Positions 59,543-64,000 of a stretch of 64,000 nucleotides of DNA are shown here, piece by piece. This stretch comes from Blastocystis sp. Blastoise. Taxonomy: Eukaryota; Protista; Bigyra: Opalinata. A program made the translations under genes and the position numbers. The stretch lies in contig JBBPEB010000015.1 in NCBI GenBank assembly GCA_039096225.1, positions 1,054,001-1,118,000 on the forward strand. The letters are read 5' to 3'. The notes beneath the pieces are model-generated. The model saw nothing but the letters and a program-made list of their open reading frames with translations. It was not told the origin of the DNA and did not search any database. Positions within the stretch are counted from its first letter, which is position 1, and every line of letters starts with the position of its first letter.

Positions 59543-60692
59543 ATTTGATAACGATATAAGTAAAACTAAAAGAGACGATATTTAAGAGATGATTTTTTAA
59601 AGATTTTTTCTAAGAAGAAAAACCGGATAGAAAAGAGTTTTTCAGTAACCTTACTGAATGATATTCACGGTTTTCTAAGAAATATTCTGAATTGCTATTA
59701 TCTCCTTCTTTTGCGACTAATAGCATGTAATATTCATTTAAATACGATTAAAATATGATGAGGCATATTTAAACAAAAATGTTTTCGTTAACTAACAAAA
59801 CTGAATGAAAGCAGATTATAAAAGGTTTAAAAAGACGATAAGAAAAATGGGTAAATATATAGTGCATTCTGTGTATTATAGAGATAAGATCTTGAACTAA
59901 ATATATACATAAAAAAATAAAGTCATGAAAACTATTTCACAGTTTAGAATGAGTATAGTGTTTGTTTATGAAATTTGAGTTATGTATTCTTATATAGGAA
60001 TTTTATTTTGATTACTACAAGAGATTTTTATCTTGGAATAAGTATGATTTCCTGTGAATGTCTAATAAAACACAACAAAGATATGATGATAATTAGGTAC
60101 ATATATATTTAAATGAAATATAATGAAGAGAATAGCTAAAGAAATACAAAAACAAAAACAAAAATAAATACGATTTGAAATAAAAATAAAAATGAATAAT
60201 AATAAAAAAAATAAATAAAAAACAATCCACAAATAAATATGCAAAAAAAAGTAAAGAAAAATGAAAAAGAAAAAAAGAGTTTACATTAATAAAATCTATA
60301 ACACAAATAAAAATGTATATTATAAGCAACAACAAAAAGATAGATAAATAAAATACACAGAGTAGTAGGAATTTGAAATGTTAAAAAAAAAGTACTTACA
60401 TATATATATAAAGACTTTTAAGAAATAATTAATTGTAAAAAATAATATTCTACTTATTTATTGAAGAAGATACTTTAGTTTATATATAATAAATAGTATT
60501 ATATTATGATAATCGTATATATTGATATAAGCATGAAATAAGAAATAAAAAAAATCATAATAATATAAATAGAATAAGTCAAATAAAATTATTTGTATAT
60601 ATATATATATATAAATGTAATTATATATATATTCTTATTGAAATAAAATAATAAGAACCATAATTAATGCACTAAGGATTTCATTATTCTTG

Positions 60693-61259
60693 TTAATGAG
60701 GTGTCTATAAAGATATATTAGATATATATATATATATAGATATATATATACATTAGAACTATTTCTATATAGATAGGGAGAATAGGGATAAGAACCATGG
60801 GCAGGAGAACTATCTATATATATTCATTATATTATATTATATTATTATATTATATTATATATTATTATATATATTTATTATATTATAGTATGTAAATATG
60901 TTTATATATTAATTATATAAATATTTATATATATGAATTATATAATATAGATTGTAAAAAATATATACCAGTTGATGGAGAGTTCGCTGATACATAAGAC
61001 AAGGAATAAGATCGTGAAGTATAACTATATATATATATATATATTTAAATAATTTTTTAAGAAAATAATGAAATAATATTCTATTTTTAAATAATAATAA
61101 TAATATTAGTAGTAGTAGTAGTATTATATATGTATATAGTTACGAGTTGTCTTGTGTGATTGGAGAAATGATGTTAGTTGGAGTATAGAGAGAGGGTCTG
61201 TCATTGTACATAATGTACTGAGGAGAAGATACAGTATCTTTACTCTAGAAAAAAGAATA

Positions 61260-61328
<69 letters not shown>

Positions 61329-61842
61329 TACATAGGTTGATGAATGACTAGCGAATCGTTGATGACCTGGATGGGAGGGTTTCTATAGAAATAAAGTGTA
61401 ATAAGGATTGAAAGAGGGGTTATTAATATATATATATATATATTATAATCATATCAATATCATATAAATATACAGAAGTAGAAGAATAAACTTGTTCTGG
61501 TGATTCTATATATATGTAATAATAAATATAAAAATACGAATTATATACCTTTATAATTAACTTGATTATATGCTGTTATAGAAGGGAAAGAAGGGTCTTC
61601 ATCCTATAATAGTAATACTAGTAGTAATATAGTTATATAAGATAGATACTTCAGCATCCTTTGAATATTGATGAGTATAATAATACCTATATATAATATA
61701 ATATATATATTAATATATATATTAATATACATAAAAGCATTATGAGGTGATGAATCATTTGGATCCACTAAATCAATACTTGGATCTATATATATATAGA
61801 AGGAATAACAGGTATATACAATAAATATAAAATAATATATAA

Positions 61843-61873
<31 letters not shown>

Positions 61874-64000
61874 CGTCTGGAGTCTTTGAATTGTTCTAAT
61901 TTGCCTCCAGCGATAGGTATACGCGGGTCAGCCATCAATTTACTGAATTCCTCATGATATATCTTTATATAGGAAGAAAGAGGAGCGGAGGGAGGTATAG
62001 TCGATAAATACACAGGATCTATATATATATTATGTTTATTATTATTTATATATATATTATGTTTATTATTATTATTATTATAAAAAGAAGAAGAAGATAT
62101 ATATATATAAACATAAATAATAACATATATTATATATATACAATGAAAGACGTCATTGGTAGGTATATATCCTTTGAGTTCCAATTCATAGGGATATGTA
62201 TATTCCTCTAAAATGAGATAAGATATATATATATATATATATATTAATATAGAGATATCCATGAAAGATAATATATATATATATATATACGTGGATTATT
62301 ATCTTCAGCAGTAAGTCTATTTGCAAGATAATACATTTCTTTATATAGATCTTCTTCTGCAGTTAAATATGTGTCAATAGGTAAAGAAATCGTGTTTGTT
62401 ATATAAGAAGTTGATGTAGAAAGAAGAGTAGGGAAGAATTTAGGTCTGAAATGGTCTGCATATTGTTTATTAAACCATTTCATAAATATACAGATAGCAG
62501 GTAATGGACGAAGATCTGAAGAAGCTATATATGTATATATATATAAGAATAATATAATATATACATATTCCATTAGTAGTATGAGTATTCACTGAGTGTG
62601 CAGTATAACGTAAACACTATATATATAACAATTATATATATATATAAATAATTAAATAAATAATTCTATATGTTTATATAATACTACATATATACAAGAG
62701 TTGTTATTCTGAATAAAATAATCCATCCATATAAACATGTAGCATTCAATTCTGTAGCTAAGAAAGAATTCACTATATATATATATATATAATACTTATA
62801 TAGAAAGAATAATATAAATATGTTATAACAATATATTCAAATTATATAATTTTAAAAAAAATATGTACTAATGTCATAATAATAATATATATACTTTTAT
62901 AAGTTTTTAAATCTATAGTATAAAACAGAGAAACAGCAACTAAACGAAATAGAAATGGAGTAGAACACAAATCTTCTTTCAATAAACATTCTATATATAA
63001 CAATAAGAATAAGAATAATATTAAATAATAAATAGTATAGTAAAAACTATATATAAATATAATAAAAAGTAGAATAGCACGTATAAAAATAATGAATGTA
63101 ATAATATATAAATAGTTTTTATATACTGAATTCAATAAGAGTAGTATTGAGAAGGGCTTCCAGTTTAATATCTGTATCTCCCAGAAATAGAACCGACTGA
63201 AGCTTTGTAAATAAAGTCAAACAATTCTATATATATATATGTTATAATAATTAAAATATATAATTAATATATATATATATATATATTAAATCAAAAATAT
63301 ATAATTAAAATATATATATATATGTTATAATAATTAAAATATATATATAACACATTTCCCTACCTTTAAAGCCGTTCGTCTTCTCATCGGTTCATTCTTC
63401 CCTACTTCTAAATACTCTTTCCGCTCCTGTAAATACTCCTCATAATCGTGGTTATTCTTCTGAAATTGAACGATAAGATTCCTTCGAGCAGTAGAAAAAG
63501 GAAGAGGTGCCGCTAAAGCTCTTATATACTGATATATTATAATACCCTTAATTTGACGATAACTATATATATAGTAATAATATTAGATATGTATATGATA
63601 TGTATATAAAATAACTATTTTAATAAATCATATATATTATAATAAAATGAAATAGTGTAAATATATACGTAGCTAAGATAGCTAGCTGATTTCTTGGATT
63701 TCCATTATTTGGATCTAGAGCACATGCTTGCTTGTAATAGTATTCCGCTTGATTCCAGTTTTTATCTTCTCTTGTATTATTTAATTCTAAATATCTATAT
63801 ATATATATATTAATAAGAAAACGATAATATATTTTATACCTTTCTAAATCTCCTAAATAAATATTCATATTATATAAACATTTTTGCTTTATATTTCGAC
63901 TAAATCGATATGTATTCTCTGACATATGATCTACAAATAGAATATATATAATATAATATTAATAAAAAAAATAATAATAATTTATAAAAAAATAAATAAT
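60693..64000 (-). CDS. SMG7/EST1-family 14-3-3-like TPR protein (NMD/telomerase factor), no PIN domain; 5' end outside the window
   Basis: LGDLERY, AEYYYKQACALDPNNGNPRNQLAILA, YIRALAAPLPFSTARRNL, LPAICIFMKW, ELELKGYIP; low-complexity Ser/Pro/Tyr tail built from many small exons, stop at 60693. Confidence 0.85.

Overview
Gene-dense, very AT-rich (roughly 20% GC by eye), intron-rich nuclear DNA of a unicellular eukaryote. The compact layout, a U12-type intron, a plant/protist-type IPC synthase and GU-rich 3' elements suggest a Blastocystis-like stramenopile, but this is inference and not established. By splicing by hand I reconstructed 19 protein genes: PNUTS-like, eL21, eS6, RFC small subunit, PTB/hnRNP-L-like RRM, uS11, glucose-6-phosphate 1-epimerase-like, TM-anchored cold-shock protein, METTL13/EEF1AKMT4-like methyltransferase, LamG/cadherin-like surface protein, NAA38, a poly-Asn hypothetical, PGM3, IPC/SM synthase, a coiled-coil hypothetical, secreted PI-PLC-X, BTB-TLDc, a 17 kb VPS13 and an SMG7/EST1-like gene. 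No rRNA, tRNA, CRISPR or recognisable mobile element was found. The best signals are at splice junctions. (1) A textbook U12 AT-AC minor intron lies in the methyltransferase gene. (2) Several introns, mostly in ribosomal-protein genes, have a terminal dinucleotide that is missing or altered and replaced by an echo of the neighbouring exon (GG donor; CT, TG and AA ends). This is either unusual splicing/cDNA gene conversion or an RNA-read polishing artefact. (3) Intron ends are GTATAT...(TA)nTAG and self-complementary, including a perfect 17-bp hairpin. Protein-level novelties are a VPS13 with a C-terminal PX domain plus PDZ/PH-like inserts and a strongly rewritten uS11 C-terminal tail. An exact 10-mer is shared by two ribosomal-protein promoters.
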